Positions 63,841-64,000 of a stretch of DNA of 64,000 bases are shown piece by piece; position 1 is the stretch's first letter, and every line of letters starts with the position of its first letter. The stretch lies in NCBI RefSeq assembly GCF_037042905.1, contig NC_087245.1:16368001-16432000 (forward strand), written 5' to 3'. The notes beneath the pieces are model-generated. The model did not search any database. It was not told where the DNA came from and saw only the letters and a list, made by a program, of their open reading frames with translations. Source of the DNA: Lytechinus pictus (Eukaryota). A program made the position numbers and the translations under genes.

Positions 63841-64000
63841 CCTGAATCCTTAATTTTCTTTTATCGCCCTTTATTCATTTCTCTCACTTCGCTATTCTTG
63901 CTTCTCATTTCACTATTTTTGTTTCCTTTCCTTTCTACATCTCAATTTTTTTTTTCTTAACCTTACAACATGACTATCCGTAATGTTTCCTTTACTCCTG

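Overview
AT-rich eukaryotic genomic DNA with many introns. The repeat content suggests an invertebrate deuterostome such as a sea urchin (inference only). Two spliced genes can be rebuilt by hand with GT-AG introns and continuous reading frames. (1) On the + strand, a 7-coding-exon gene (16082-24283, ~617 aa) with five ankyrin repeats, a coiled coil and a long disordered Ser/Pro/Arg-rich tail. (2) On the - strand, convergent with it, a 17-exon TAF5 gene (49825-27883, ~678 aa; LisH, NTD2 and WD40 domains). The rest is packed with non-autonomous DNA transposons (TSDs of 3, 4/TTAA, 5, 6, 8 and 9 bp), including a triple nest and a twin insertion in TAF5 intron 1. There are also two foldback elements built from 15-bp units, two tRNA-derived SINEs, a probable solo LTR with mini-exons and, at the right edge, the tRNA-Trp primer-binding site of an LTR retrotransposon. 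The most notable observations are: likely transposon excision footprints (TACATGTA, TAGGCCTA), two of them visible as insertions against an internal control; twin elements carrying a promoter-like core between divergent splice donors; a ~330-bp module duplicated in inverted orientation on both sides of the TAF5 promoter; and decayed copies of the end of TAF5 exon 12 in the next intron. Most short ORFs in the supplied track are spurious. I found no convincing novel multi-gene system.
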